Positions 18,874 through 27,367 of a DNA stretch of 32,000 nt are shown piece after piece; position 1 is the first letter of the stretch; each line of letters starts with the position of its first letter. Source of the DNA: Candidatus Kuenenia stuttgartensis (GTDB taxonomy: Bacteria; Planctomycetota; Brocadiia; Brocadiales; Brocadiaceae); the NCBI RefSeq assembly GCF_900232105.1, contig NZ_LT934425.1, positions 660,001 to 692,000 on the forward strand, in the 5' to 3' direction. A program made the translations under genes and the position numbers. The notes under the pieces were generated by a model, which worked only from the letters and a program-made list of their open reading frames with translations, was not told where the DNA came from and did no database searches.

Positions 18874-19791
18874 CTATCCGCCAATAAAATCTAGCAATGA
18901 CGGCTGAATAATCCTGGCGCCGGTCTGCAGTGCTGCTTGCAGCACATTTTCCTGATTTTTTAATTCTGTGATTAAGGATGCTAAATCAGCATCTTCGGTA
19001 TAAGAGATTAATTCTTTCAGCGCTATTTTCGAGTTTTCGACTCTATTTTCCGTTATTGCCAATCTATCGACTTTTGCGCCAAACTTTGTAATCTCTGTCA
19101 GTACGTTATTATTTGCCGTTTCAAAATTTTTCTTCTGTGATAAAAAAGCGTCTGTATCAAAATCGCTTTTTTTCAATTCGTCGCGTAAATTTATAAGATT
19201 TGCAAATATGCCGTTTTCCATAAACAGCTTTCCGCCAGGCTGGTTCACTTGTATAAATGTATTGCTCCCTATCTGATATTGTATTGTTTCATTATTGCCA
19301 TCATACTTTACGCCTGTTATCTCACCGCCTGAATCTCTTGTCGCTCTGAAGGGGGCAGTTAAGGTTTTTGTTCCCGAGAAAAGATACCGTCCGTTGCTAT
19401 CCGTTATGTTTGAGAATTGAATAATTGTCTCCATTAACTCATCAATCTCGCTTGCAATAATTCCCCTTTCACTATCCCCAAGCGTACCATCCGCCGCCTG
19501 CACCGTTTTGGTCTGAATCTTCACCATAATGTCCTGTATGTTTTCCAATGCATCGAAGATGAAGTTTATTTTATCTCTCGCATGTTTAATAGCGTCTAAA
19601 TATTGCTGTAATTCATTTTCCCCGGATTTAAATCCAAGTAATTTTCTCGTGCTTACAGGATCATCTGATGCGCGGTTTATCTGCTTACCGCTGGAAAGCT
19701 TTTCCTGTATCTCCTGCATTTTCTTGTAATTTAGCTGGATGTTAGAAAGCGTCGTATTACTTAAACTCGCCTGCGTAACTCTAAAAGACAT
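18874..19791 (-). CDS. flgL: Flagellar hook-associated protein 3 (FlgL)
   Basis: Flagellin-like N-terminal helix (MSFRVTQASLSNTTLSNIQLNYKKMQEIQEKLSSGKQINRASDDP) and C-terminal helix (LKNQENVLQAALQTGARIIQPSLLDFI). Follows flgK. ATG 19791 lies 8 nt downstream of GGAGG; the tracked GTG start lies inside that SD. Confidence 0.85.
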   Translation of the reverse strand: MSFRVTQASLSNTTLSNIQLNYKKMQEIQEKLSSGKQINRASDDPVSTRKLLGFKSGENELQQYLDAIKHARDKINFIFDALENIQDIMVKIQTKTVQAADGTLGDSERGIIASEIDELMETIIQFSNITDSNGRYLFSGTKTLTAPFRATRDSGGEITGVKYDGNNETIQYQIGSNTFIQVNQPGGKLFMENGIFANLINLRDELKKSDFDTDAFLSQKKNFETANNNVLTEITKFGAKVDRLAITENRVENSKIALKELISYTEDADLASLITELKNQENVLQAALQTGARIIQPSLLDFIGG

Positions 19792-19874
19792 GGCGTCATC
19801 CTCCACAACTCATTAAAATTATTCTACCGGTGTCCCGCATTTCACTTTAGTACGAAAGACCACTCAACCCGCCG

Positions 19875-21845
19875 TTACAATGAATTTAATAAGGTATTTA
19901 TTAATCTGTCAACGGTTGATATATATTTTGCCGACGCCTGATACGCCTGTTGAAATCGTATCAGGGTAACCAGTTCTTCATCAATATTTACCCCGGAAAC
20001 CTCTTCTCTTCTGTTCTGAAGACTCCCCTCCAATGCCGTATACTTCTCCTCAGACTTATATGCACTATTCGCCTCTTCTCCTAATGCCGCGGCAATTTGA
20101 TGTAAATAATCAGATAAGGTAGTATTTCCAACAATACTGTTATCATTTTGTAATGCGGATAAACGCAAGGCATTTGTATTATCCCCTGATTCACCTATAG
20201 ATGTTGCAATTAGTGTTACATCCTCCCGTATCCTTTTTTCAATATTAATATCCGAAGCATCTTTACCGCTAAAAAAAGTATTAATTCCCAAAGCAGCAAG
20301 CAAGTCAGTTTCATCAGAATCATTTATAACATCTATATCAAATGTATCTCCTGTATTAATATCACCTGCCGAAAACGAGACAGAAACACCATTTGCAACC
20401 GCAAGGGTATTGCCAGGAGTATATCCTTCACCTACATCAAGTGTAGCAATAAGATTTGAACCGCTATCCCTGACTTCAACCTGAAGACCTGACGTAGTCC
20501 CTATTGTGCCGCCTGCCCCTAAAGCTGTGAATGTATATACATCATTTGTACTTCCATTGTATATACCCGAAATTGAAGGCGTTGTTGTTCCTGTAATTCC
20601 AGTGGTTTGAGGATTCGGGTCCAATGCATAAGAAAAATTAAATTTATACCCGGAGTCTGCGGTAATCTGCAATTTGCCGTCTGAAATAGCAGAGGAAAGA
20701 TTTGTTATCCCATCAATATCAGCGCTTAATTTTGTAAGCGAATCATTTGCTACATCCACCGTAATTTTGTTTTTGACCTCTTCCCCTGTACTCGTATTTA
20801 TTACCGTAACATATATATCTCCGCTCGATGGTGCAAAAGGCAGCCCCAGACCCGCAGTATTCAATGCCTTAGTTGCGTCCGTCACCTTATTTGTCCCAAG
20901 TACCGTTGTAAACCCGCCGTCTGTGCCTACGCCTTCACTATGAATCGCATTAAATTTCTTTATAAGCGCGGTTGCAAAGGTATCCAGTTTAGCATCGTAT
21001 GCAGGCAACGTGTTGTTATACATCTCCAACAAACCGCTCAATTCACCGCCAGTAGGTTTGTGTTTCGAACTTCCATAGCTGGTAATATTGAGCTTGCCAC
21101 TTGAATCTACGCTGGATTCAAGGGTTAACGCATTTGAACCACTCACCAGGACTCCACCTGCAATCATCACATCTATCATGCCGTTCTTCTGCGTCCTTGT
21201 TGTGACGTCCAAAAACTTGCTGATTTCGCCGAGGAGCGTCTCTCTTTTGTCCAACAGGTCATTCGGCTCCCCGCCTGTTGTTTGCAGCGAGTGGATTTCC
21301 TTATTAAGGTCAACGATATCTTTCGCCAGCCCGTTTACTTCATTAAGTTTGGATTCCACGGATTGTTTGACAAATTCCTTCATCATGCCCAGCTCGTCAA
21401 CTATTGCACGTATGGATTCGGTCATGGTAATCGCCTTTTCCACAAGCACAGAGCGTGAACTGGTACTCTCGTCCTGCGAAAGGTCGTTCACAAATTTAAA
21501 GAAGCTTGTCAAGGAATTGCTTATACTGGCATCGCTTAATTCGTTAAATACCGTTTCAAGTTCTCTCAATTGCTGACTTTTTATAGAGGAGGCGCCAAGC
21601 GATGAAGTGACAAACCTGATCCGGCTATTAAGGTAGTCATCCTTCTGCCGCATTATTTTCACCAGGTCAACGCCCTGCCCGATAGAACCGATAGTCGTCT
21701 GCAAGGGTAGTCTTGTTGCAAGACTGACCGTTTGTTTCGTATATCCTTTTGTATTTGCATTCGATATGTTATGTGCGGAAACCATCATTGCACGCTGCGC
21801 CGCAAGAACTCCGCTCATACCAATTTGTATATCTGACGAGGCCAT
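19875..21845 (-). CDS. flgK: Flagellar hook-associated protein 1 (FlgK)
   Basis: N-terminal rod/hook signature GMSGVLAAQRAMMVSAHNISNANTKGYTKQ, C-terminal LIRFQQAYQASAKYISTVDRLINTLLN, and a large Thr/Gly/Ser-rich variable middle region. Confidence 0.9.
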   Translation of the reverse strand: MASSDIQIGMSGVLAAQRAMMVSAHNISNANTKGYTKQTVSLATRLPLQTTIGSIGQGVDLVKIMRQKDDYLNSRIRFVTSSLGASSIKSQQLRELETVFNELSDASISNSLTSFFKFVNDLSQDESTSSRSVLVEKAITMTESIRAIVDELGMMKEFVKQSVESKLNEVNGLAKDIVDLNKEIHSLQTTGGEPNDLLDKRETLLGEISKFLDVTTRTQKNGMIDVMIAGGVLVSGSNALTLESSVDSSGKLNITSYGSSKHKPTGGELSGLLEMYNNTLPAYDAKLDTFATALIKKFNAIHSEGVGTDGGFTTVLGTNKVTDATKALNTAGLGLPFAPSSGDIYVTVINTSTGEEVKNKITVDVANDSLTKLSADIDGITNLSSAISDGKLQITADSGYKFNFSYALDPNPQTTGITGTTTPSISGIYNGSTNDVYTFTALGAGGTIGTTSGLQVEVRDSGSNLIATLDVGEGYTPGNTLAVANGVSVSFSAGDINTGDTFDIDVINDSDETDLLAALGINTFFSGKDASDINIEKRIREDVTLIATSIGESGDNTNALRLSALQNDNSIVGNTTLSDYLHQIAAALGEEANSAYKSEEKYTALEGSLQNRREEVSGVNIDEELVTLIRFQQAYQASAKYISTVDRLINTLLNSL

Positions 21846-21857
21846 AACCTATTCCCT

Positions 21858-22382
21858 CTAAATTTTAGTGTCAACCAAAACCCTTGATACTTCTTTTTCC
21901 TTCATTTTCCCTGTATTCTTATATACGGAGTGCTTAAAGACAGGCGGACAAAATATATCAATAATATCCTCTGTAATTTCAAGCGAATGATGGGTAAGAG
22001 CCGTATTCATCTCATTTAGCCTTTGTAATTCCACCATTGACTTTGTTAATCTGTCAACCAGTGTTCTCCAGGTATTGCCATGAAGTTCTTCCCCTTTATC
22101 CATCATTTTACTCATGGATATTTCCCTTACCTTTAAACCTTGTTTTTCGCAATACCGGCGTATTATCCTTTGGCGTTTTTCCTCAAGAAGTTGCGCCAGT
22201 TCCGCCTTGTTTCTCTCTGCGTAGATAAGCGTTTCCAGCTCTTCAATATTACAGGATATAAGACAGGCGTGCTTTGTCTTTGCAATTTCTACTAATTCAC
22301 CGTAAACAACCGACAATCTTTCCAGCGTGCCGGTTAGTTCCGTAAGCAAGGCGTCTATAACGTTGTTCTCTTTAATTCTCAT
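21858..22382 (-). CDS. FlgN-like flagellar export chaperone (putative)
   Basis: 174-aa helical protein immediately upstream of flgK, the position FlgN normally occupies. The N-terminal LIDALLTELTGTLERL...EL segment is FlgN-like. Assigned mostly by position. Confidence 0.5.
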   Translation of the reverse strand: MRIKENNVIDALLTELTGTLERLSVVYGELVEIAKTKHACLISCNIEELETLIYAERNKAELAQLLEEKRQRIIRRYCEKQGLKVREISMSKMMDKGEELHGNTWRTLVDRLTKSMVELQRLNEMNTALTHHSLEITEDIIDIFCPPVFKHSVYKNTGKMKEKEVSRVLVDTKI

Positions 22383-22387
22383 TGTCT

Positions 22388-22837
22388 TTACCCTTTAAAA
22401 TTAACAGAAGCCATTTCTTTATTTATTCCCACATCTTCACCGTTTCCTTTTTTACTCCATTTTTCCGGTAAAGATGGCACATTTTTACCGAACGCTTCCG
22501 TCACGACATTTTTAGGTTTTAATTGATTGTATATAACAGGCGCAACTCCAAAGCCGCCTTTTGCCGCTAAATCTTCAGCAAGGGCATTCTGCATTATTTC
22601 CGTATAACCTTGCATACCCCCCCCACCGTCAAACAAACCACCCTTTGGTATCGTTTTCCACATTGCTTTTACCACAAAATTCAATAAAACAGCCTCGAAA
22701 TCCTGCGCTATCTTCCGGAGAGACGCATCATCATTGGTAATTTTCTTTTGACCGGCAAGACTATTTAAGTTACTAATGCTGCTTGAATGAACAGGGTCAA
22801 TTTGCAAAAACGGGTTGATGTCTAAACTTGTTTCCAT
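22388..22837 (-). CDS. Rod-binding (FlgJ N-terminal domain-like) protein
   Basis: LRKIAQDFEAVLLNFVVKAMWKT...YTEIMQNALAEDLAAKGGFGVAPVIYNQL matches the rod-binding domain pattern (FEa.fl..mlksMr...y.dm....la..la..gglGlA..ly.ql). No muramidase domain present. Confidence 0.7.
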   Translation of the reverse strand: METSLDINPFLQIDPVHSSSISNLNSLAGQKKITNDDASLRKIAQDFEAVLLNFVVKAMWKTIPKGGLFDGGGGMQGYTEIMQNALAEDLAAKGGFGVAPVIYNQLKPKNVVTEAFGKNVPSLPEKWSKKGNGEDVGINKEMASVNFKG

Positions 22838-23213
22838 TTAATACGTTCCTAACTTTAACAGGTTACAAACCGGACACGAACATACAAGCTTGTCCGCTTT
22901 TTGGAGCACACTATTTTCCAGAAAACTGTGAAGGCTTTTTCAATCTGTCTATAGCAAAGAGCAAAGGTAATACCATAATCGCCCATTTTGTGAAACACTG
23001 TATATACGGTGCTTATCTATCTGACTTTTATTAAATAACTTATACAATTATTTGGTTTTTAATATTTCACAAATCATTCATTTTTTTAAAAACAAAAGGG
23101 GGAAACGTTTCCTATTTAATGAGAAAATTATTCCTGTAGCATCTATCGGCAGTTCATATATTAAACCTTACGGCAAAAGGATGTATTAAAAACAACCGGT
23201 AAAAATAATCATA

Positions 23214-23286
23214 GTGGGGGCGAAGCATTTGCCAGTTTGGGTATTAACACATTTATGACAATTTATAGCAAATGCTTCGCCCCCAC
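23214..23286. repeat. 73-bp palindromic element, copy 2 (perfect stem GGGGGCGAAGCATTTGC / GCAAATGCTTCGCCCCC)
   Basis: Same orientation and near-identical sequence to 14159-14231, including the loop (..TTGGGyATkAACrCATTTATrACAATTTATA). Lies about 100 nt upstream of the STAND NTPase start. Confidence 0.85.
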
Positions 23287-23388
23287 TTTATTTTATGCAT
23301 GGTAATACTTATAAAAATTCATATACTATGAACGTAATAATCGCCAGGTACTTTTTTATACACGCTATTTTGAAAGGACAATCTGCCA

Positions 23389-26289
23389 ATGGATGATCGT
23401 TTTCCAACGAATGGAAATGGAGTGGAAAGTCAATCCACTTTAAAAATCCGGTTAGAAAACCTATTGGAAAAGGAAGCAATGATACACAATGCATTTTCCT
23501 CAAGCAGAACGGAACTGTTTGTGGGCAGGCAAAGATATTTTGACCGGCTGGATGAACACATACACGGGGATACTCCCCCACTCATTGTAACCGGCAAACC
23601 GGGGATGGGGAAATCAGCGCTTCTTGCAAATTGGAGAAAACGCTATATCTCCTTAAATCCTGCCAACAAAACCATAATACATTTCATCGGCATTTCACCC
23701 CGCACAAGCAGTTTAGCATCTATGCAGCTACGCATTATCCATGAATTAACCTATGGATTTAACCTTCCTCCGGATATTCCCACTAATCAGAACGACCTCA
23801 ACGTCGCATTTGTCAATGCCCTTTTCATGTCCGCTGCAAAAGGCAAAGCGGTTATTATTCTGGACGGTATCGAACGATTGGAGGGAAGAGACCCCGCACA
23901 AGTCTTATCATGGCTCCCAATTGAAGTGCCTGCGAACATACGGTTTATTTTGTCCGTATCGCCCGGAACCGTATTTGATGTTGTTGCAAAACGTAACTGG
24001 CCTGTTCTTGAAGTAGCACCTCTTGAAGTTGTTGAGCGAAAACAATGTATTCACGCATATCTCCAGAATACTCATTCAACAGCATTAAGCGAAAACCATA
24101 TAAATACAATCGTCCATGCCGTCCAAACATCCAACCCGCTCTACCTTGATATACTCATGGGGGAATTATGTATTGACGACGCCCCCTCCATTGCCGGACA
24201 AAAAATAAGCCGGTATCTCTCCGCACAAAATATTGAGGAACTCATTCTCAGGGTTATTGAACGATACGAACTCGATGATACACTGAACGGCGCTGATGCG
24301 TCATTTTTCCGGAATATCATGTCATTGTTGTTAAGCGCAGGAAACGGACTCATGGAAAATGAAATAAACGAACTGCTCCGTGGGGAAACACCGTCACCGC
24401 AAAATACGCCATTAAAAACCTTGCTACCAAATATGAAACATATCCTGATACAACATTCAAATCTCATTCTTTATAAACACAATGCCTTTCATGATGCGAT
24501 AAAAAGCAGGTATCTCTCAGAAGAAGATGAGAAAAGGCGGTTTCATTTACGTCTTGCAGATTATTTCGGGAAAAACTATTCGAGTCAGCGCGCAATTGAA
24601 GAATTTCCGTGGCAACTGACTCAGGCAAGGTCATGGAATCAGTTATTCGGACTTCTCTCTGATATATCCTTTTTCAATGTCTTGTATGAAACAAGCGCTT
24701 ATGCGGCAACGTATTATTGGTCGCAATTGGAAGAAAACTCTCAAATGCGCATTCCATACGCATATTGCACCATTTTAGAGTCCCCGGAGAATTATATTGA
24801 CCGCATTAAAAACCTTTCCTTTTTTTTAAAGGAGAAAAACCTCCTTACAGAGGCATTGAAGATGTTTGAACATCTTGTCTGTTATTATGAACAAAACAAG
24901 GACTACGAAAATCTGCCCGTAGCCGTCGGAATACTTGCAGATATCCTTTACGAAAGGGGCGGCATGGAAGAATCCATGCAATTACACAAGGATGAAGAAC
25001 ACATTTACCGGAGCGTTGGAAATAATTACGGATTAATGCGCTCCTTGTCACGTCAGGCAGTTATTGCCCTTGCCAACGATGATTTGGAGAACTCCCTACA
25101 TCTCTTCAGGCAGGAAGAACAACTCTGCCGTGAATTGAACGATACTTATCGGCTGTCGTATAATCTTAACAAACAGGCGGAAATACTGTCTCTCCGGCAC
25201 AAAACCACCCTTGCCGCAAAACTGCTTACGGAAGCGGAATCTATCAGCCGCGGCATAGGTGATATGTCAGGATTATCCGTGTGTTTAGGCAACAAAGCCC
25301 GCATAAAAAAGGGTTCCGGAAATCCGGAAGAGGCGATGACCTTTCTGAAAGAACAGGAGCATCTTTGCCGCACCCTGGGAAATAGCAAGGAACTCTCCGT
25401 CTGCCTTGGAAATCAATCGCTTATTCTTACCACCCTTGGAGACCTTGATGGCGCATTCGTTTTACTGAAAGAAGAGGAATCTCTCTGCAAAAACATGCGC
25501 AACGAACACGGGCTATCCTATAACATCGGGAACAGGGCAAATATCCTTTCGATACGCGGTAATCTTGCAGAGGCACTGGAATTATATAAAGAACAATTCT
25601 CACTATTCAAAAAGACACTAAACAAACACGGACTATCATACAATCTAGGCAACCAGGCAAACATTCATTATTCACTGGGAAATGCAGAGGAAGCAATGTC
25701 GTTCTACACGGAACAGGAGCGTTTATGCAGGGAACTGGAAAATGAGGACGGATTATCCTATGCACTCGGTAATCAGGCGATCATTCTTGCGGAAAAAGGC
25801 GACCCTGATAAAGCAATGGAATTGCATAAAGAAGAAGAGCGCATTTGCAGGAAATTTAACAATATGGAAGGATTGCAACGCTCTCTGGGCAACCAGGCAA
25901 GTATATTGTATAGCAAGGGTCATTTGCATGAGGCGCTCGCCCTCCATAAAGAAGAAGAGCGTCTATGCAGAAAACTTGGAAACAAGAGCGAACTTTCAGC
26001 CTGCCTTGGTAACCAGGCGCTTGTCGTTAAGGATCTGGGGAATCCGGATGAGGCGATTGGACTATTAAAAGAACAGGAAGCTATTTGCAGAGATCTTGGG
26101 ATAAAGAGCGGGCTTGCTATTTCATTGGCAAATCAGGCAGAGATGCTTGCGCAAAATCCGGGACGGGCAGATGAAGCACTGCCTCTTGCCGAAGAAGCCT
26201 ATTCAATTACCACTTCTTTCGGTTTTCAGTCATTATCTCACGAAATAGAACCCATTTTACGCGCAATTGAATCCCGATTGGGCAAATAG
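23389..26289 (+). CDS. STAND-class (NACHT-like) P-loop NTPase with a C-terminal array of about eleven 40-aa TPR units; no recognisable effector domain
   Basis: Pre-NTPase FVGRQRYFDRLDEHI, Walker A GKPGMGKS (aa 69-76), Walker B AVIILDG (aa 154-160), followed by a helical/winged-helix-like region. From about aa 500 there are repeating units of the form L(S)xxLGNQAxILxxxGxxxEAxxLxKEEExLCRxLxNxxG. Confidence 0.85.
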   Translation: MDDRFPTNGNGVESQSTLKIRLENLLEKEAMIHNAFSSSRTELFVGRQRYFDRLDEHIHGDTPPLIVTGKPGMGKSALLANWRKRYISLNPANKTIIHFIGISPRTSSLASMQLRIIHELTYGFNLPPDIPTNQNDLNVAFVNALFMSAAKGKAVIILDGIERLEGRDPAQVLSWLPIEVPANIRFILSVSPGTVFDVVAKRNWPVLEVAPLEVVERKQCIHAYLQNTHSTALSENHINTIVHAVQTSNPLYLDILMGELCIDDAPSIAGQKISRYLSAQNIEELILRVIERYELDDTLNGADASFFRNIMSLLLSAGNGLMENEINELLRGETPSPQNTPLKTLLPNMKHILIQHSNLILYKHNAFHDAIKSRYLSEEDEKRRFHLRLADYFGKNYSSQRAIEEFPWQLTQARSWNQLFGLLSDISFFNVLYETSAYAATYYWSQLEENSQMRIPYAYCTILESPENYIDRIKNLSFFLKEKNLLTEALKMFEHLVCYYEQNKDYENLPVAVGILADILYERGGMEESMQLHKDEEHIYRSVGNNYGLMRSLSRQAVIALANDDLENSLHLFRQEEQLCRELNDTYRLSYNLNKQAEILSLRHKTTLAAKLLTEAESISRGIGDMSGLSVCLGNKARIKKGSGNPEEAMTFLKEQEHLCRTLGNSKELSVCLGNQSLILTTLGDLDGAFVLLKEEESLCKNMRNEHGLSYNIGNRANILSIRGNLAEALELYKEQFSLFKKTLNKHGLSYNLGNQANIHYSLGNAEEAMSFYTEQERLCRELENEDGLSYALGNQAIILAEKGDPDKAMELHKEEERICRKFNNMEGLQRSLGNQASILYSKGHLHEALALHKEEERLCRKLGNKSELSACLGNQALVVKDLGNPDEAIGLLKEQEAICRDLGIKSGLAISLANQAEMLAQNPGRADEALPLAEEAYSITTSFGFQSLSHEIEPILRAIESRLGK

Positions 26290-26290
26290 A

Positions 26291-26428
26291 GTAAAACTAT
26301 TCAGCGTAATCTATCAAAGGGAATATGCCCTGTTTTTGTGCAGGAGGTAAGAATAGATAATAGATTCGAGGGGAGCATTCCCGGTTTTTTGTAAAAATGC
26401 CATTAGCGGGGAGGGAAAGAATAGTAAC
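26291..26428. repeat. Degenerate relative (or solo end) of the 27499-27658 MITE
   Basis: GTAAAACTATTCAGCGTAAT at 26291-26310 matches the MITE terminus GTAACTATTCAGCGTAAT apart from a 2-nt insertion. GAATAGTAAC at 26419-26428 resembles the opposite terminus. No target duplication seen. Starts 2 nt after the NTPase stop codon. Confidence 0.35.
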
Positions 26429-26637
26429 TCAAGCTTCCAGCTTGAGGGTAAAATACCACGAGCAGTCATCATGTTGCATTTGCAACACCCAGAAACGATG
26501 AAAATGATTTTATAACCATATCGTGTTGCGGTACCTGTGCTTGAGCTATTTCTTGTAGTCTTTTTTCGAGCCAGGATGCTTGTGTTACAAAGTACAATTA
26601 GTTAACCAAAAATCTGGAATGCTCCTGTTCAAATTAT

Positions 26638-26778
26638 GTCCCCCGCTGGCGGGGGTGCAGGGGGTGGACTGGATTTCTCCATCGATTCAACTACCCCTTC
26701 ATTATGAAAACAAATTTGCCCCTTTTCCCCGCGCTCCGCAGACAATTCCACCCCCTTAATCCCCCGCCAGCGGGGGAC
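26638..26778. repeat. 141-bp inverted-repeat element with terminal arms of about 31 nt, each arm containing its own hairpin
   Basis: 26638-26668 reads GTCCCCCGCTGGCGGGGG-tgca-GGGGGTGGA. The reverse complement of 26747-26778 reads GTCCCCCGCTGGCGGGGG-attaa-GGGGGTGGA. That is 18 + 9 identical nt. The core CCCCCGC-TGG-CGGGGG is itself palindromic. Confidence 0.6.
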
Positions 26779-27197
26779 AGGCTTGCCACCTCCTTTGCAG
26801 CTTTCATGCCCTTGTGGGGTTGATCCATGTGCATTCCAGGTTTTTTATTACTTCTGCCATGTTTTAATGAAACGTACAATAGTATTAACCACTGGCAGCG
26901 TTGTTTTGCCCCAATCACACATACGGTTACAAAAAATCGGGAATGCTCCTGAGTAGATAGTAGACAGTGCCCGTCCCTCATTCCACCGTTGTGCAGAGAC
27001 GCACTGTATTGTGTACAAGCTACCAGCCTCTTGAGTTAACACCTTTAGCAAACTTATGGTTGGTGCAATCTTTTAAATTGATACAGTGCAGTTATTTTTC
27101 AAAACACAATTCCGGTAAAATAATTTTCAATTCAATGCCTATCAGACAGGAGAGCCTTTTTCGTTTGACAAAAGCCTTCAAATGGATGATGCCGAAA

Positions 27198-27367
27198 CCC
27201 GCAGGCGGAGGGTCTTACACCATTGCCCTGAAGTTTGATGGGACGGCCCATGCATGGAGATATAATACTTATGGTGAATTGGGGACGGGACGACCACGCA
27301 GAGCGCTACACCGATACAGGCAAGCAATCTCCTCTTAAAACCGGCAATACCAACAGCAACCACTTGA
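27198..27367 (+). pseudogene. RCC1-like repeat gene fragment (frameshifted 3' end)
   Basis: AGGGSYTIALKFDGTAHAWRYNTYGELG, then after a 1-nt frame slip DGTTTQSATPIQASNL...*. This matches the RCC1 blade pattern (htlALksDGtvwaWGyNsyGqLGdGtt..r.tPvqv). No upstream continuation. The junction with the integrase remnant (27305-27365) is ambiguous. Confidence 0.4.

Noticed and set aside
22828-23581. ORFs 22828-23034 (+) and 23309-23581 (-) in the divergent region upstream of the STAND gene.
   Set aside because: No ribosome-binding sites or recognisable domains. The second overlaps the STAND gene start antisense. The region contains the palindromic element and a 12-bp palindrome GGAAACGTTTCC (23101-23112), which are more likely regulatory.
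24889-26179. The 120-bp periodicity in the STAND gene as a non-coding tandem repeat or satellite.
   Set aside because: The periodicity lies in frame within a long ORF and corresponds to 40-aa TPR units that are conserved at the protein level while diverged at the DNA level. It is a coding repeat, not a satellite.
26638-26778. Possible CRISPR repeats. The core CCCCCGC-CAG-CGGGGG resembles the palindromic core of type I-E repeats (CCCCGCGCCAGCGGGG).
   Set aside because: There are only two copies, in inverted rather than direct orientation. There is no regular repeat-spacer periodicity and no cas genes in the window. It is better explained as the terminal inverted repeats of a small element.
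26691-27363. ORFs 26691-26981 (-), 26848-27051 (-), 26967-27338 (+) and 27178-27363 (-) as real genes.
   Set aside because: They run through repeat elements and gene fragments. Only the 27198-27367 part of the plus frame shows homology (an RCC1-like blade), and it is frameshifted.
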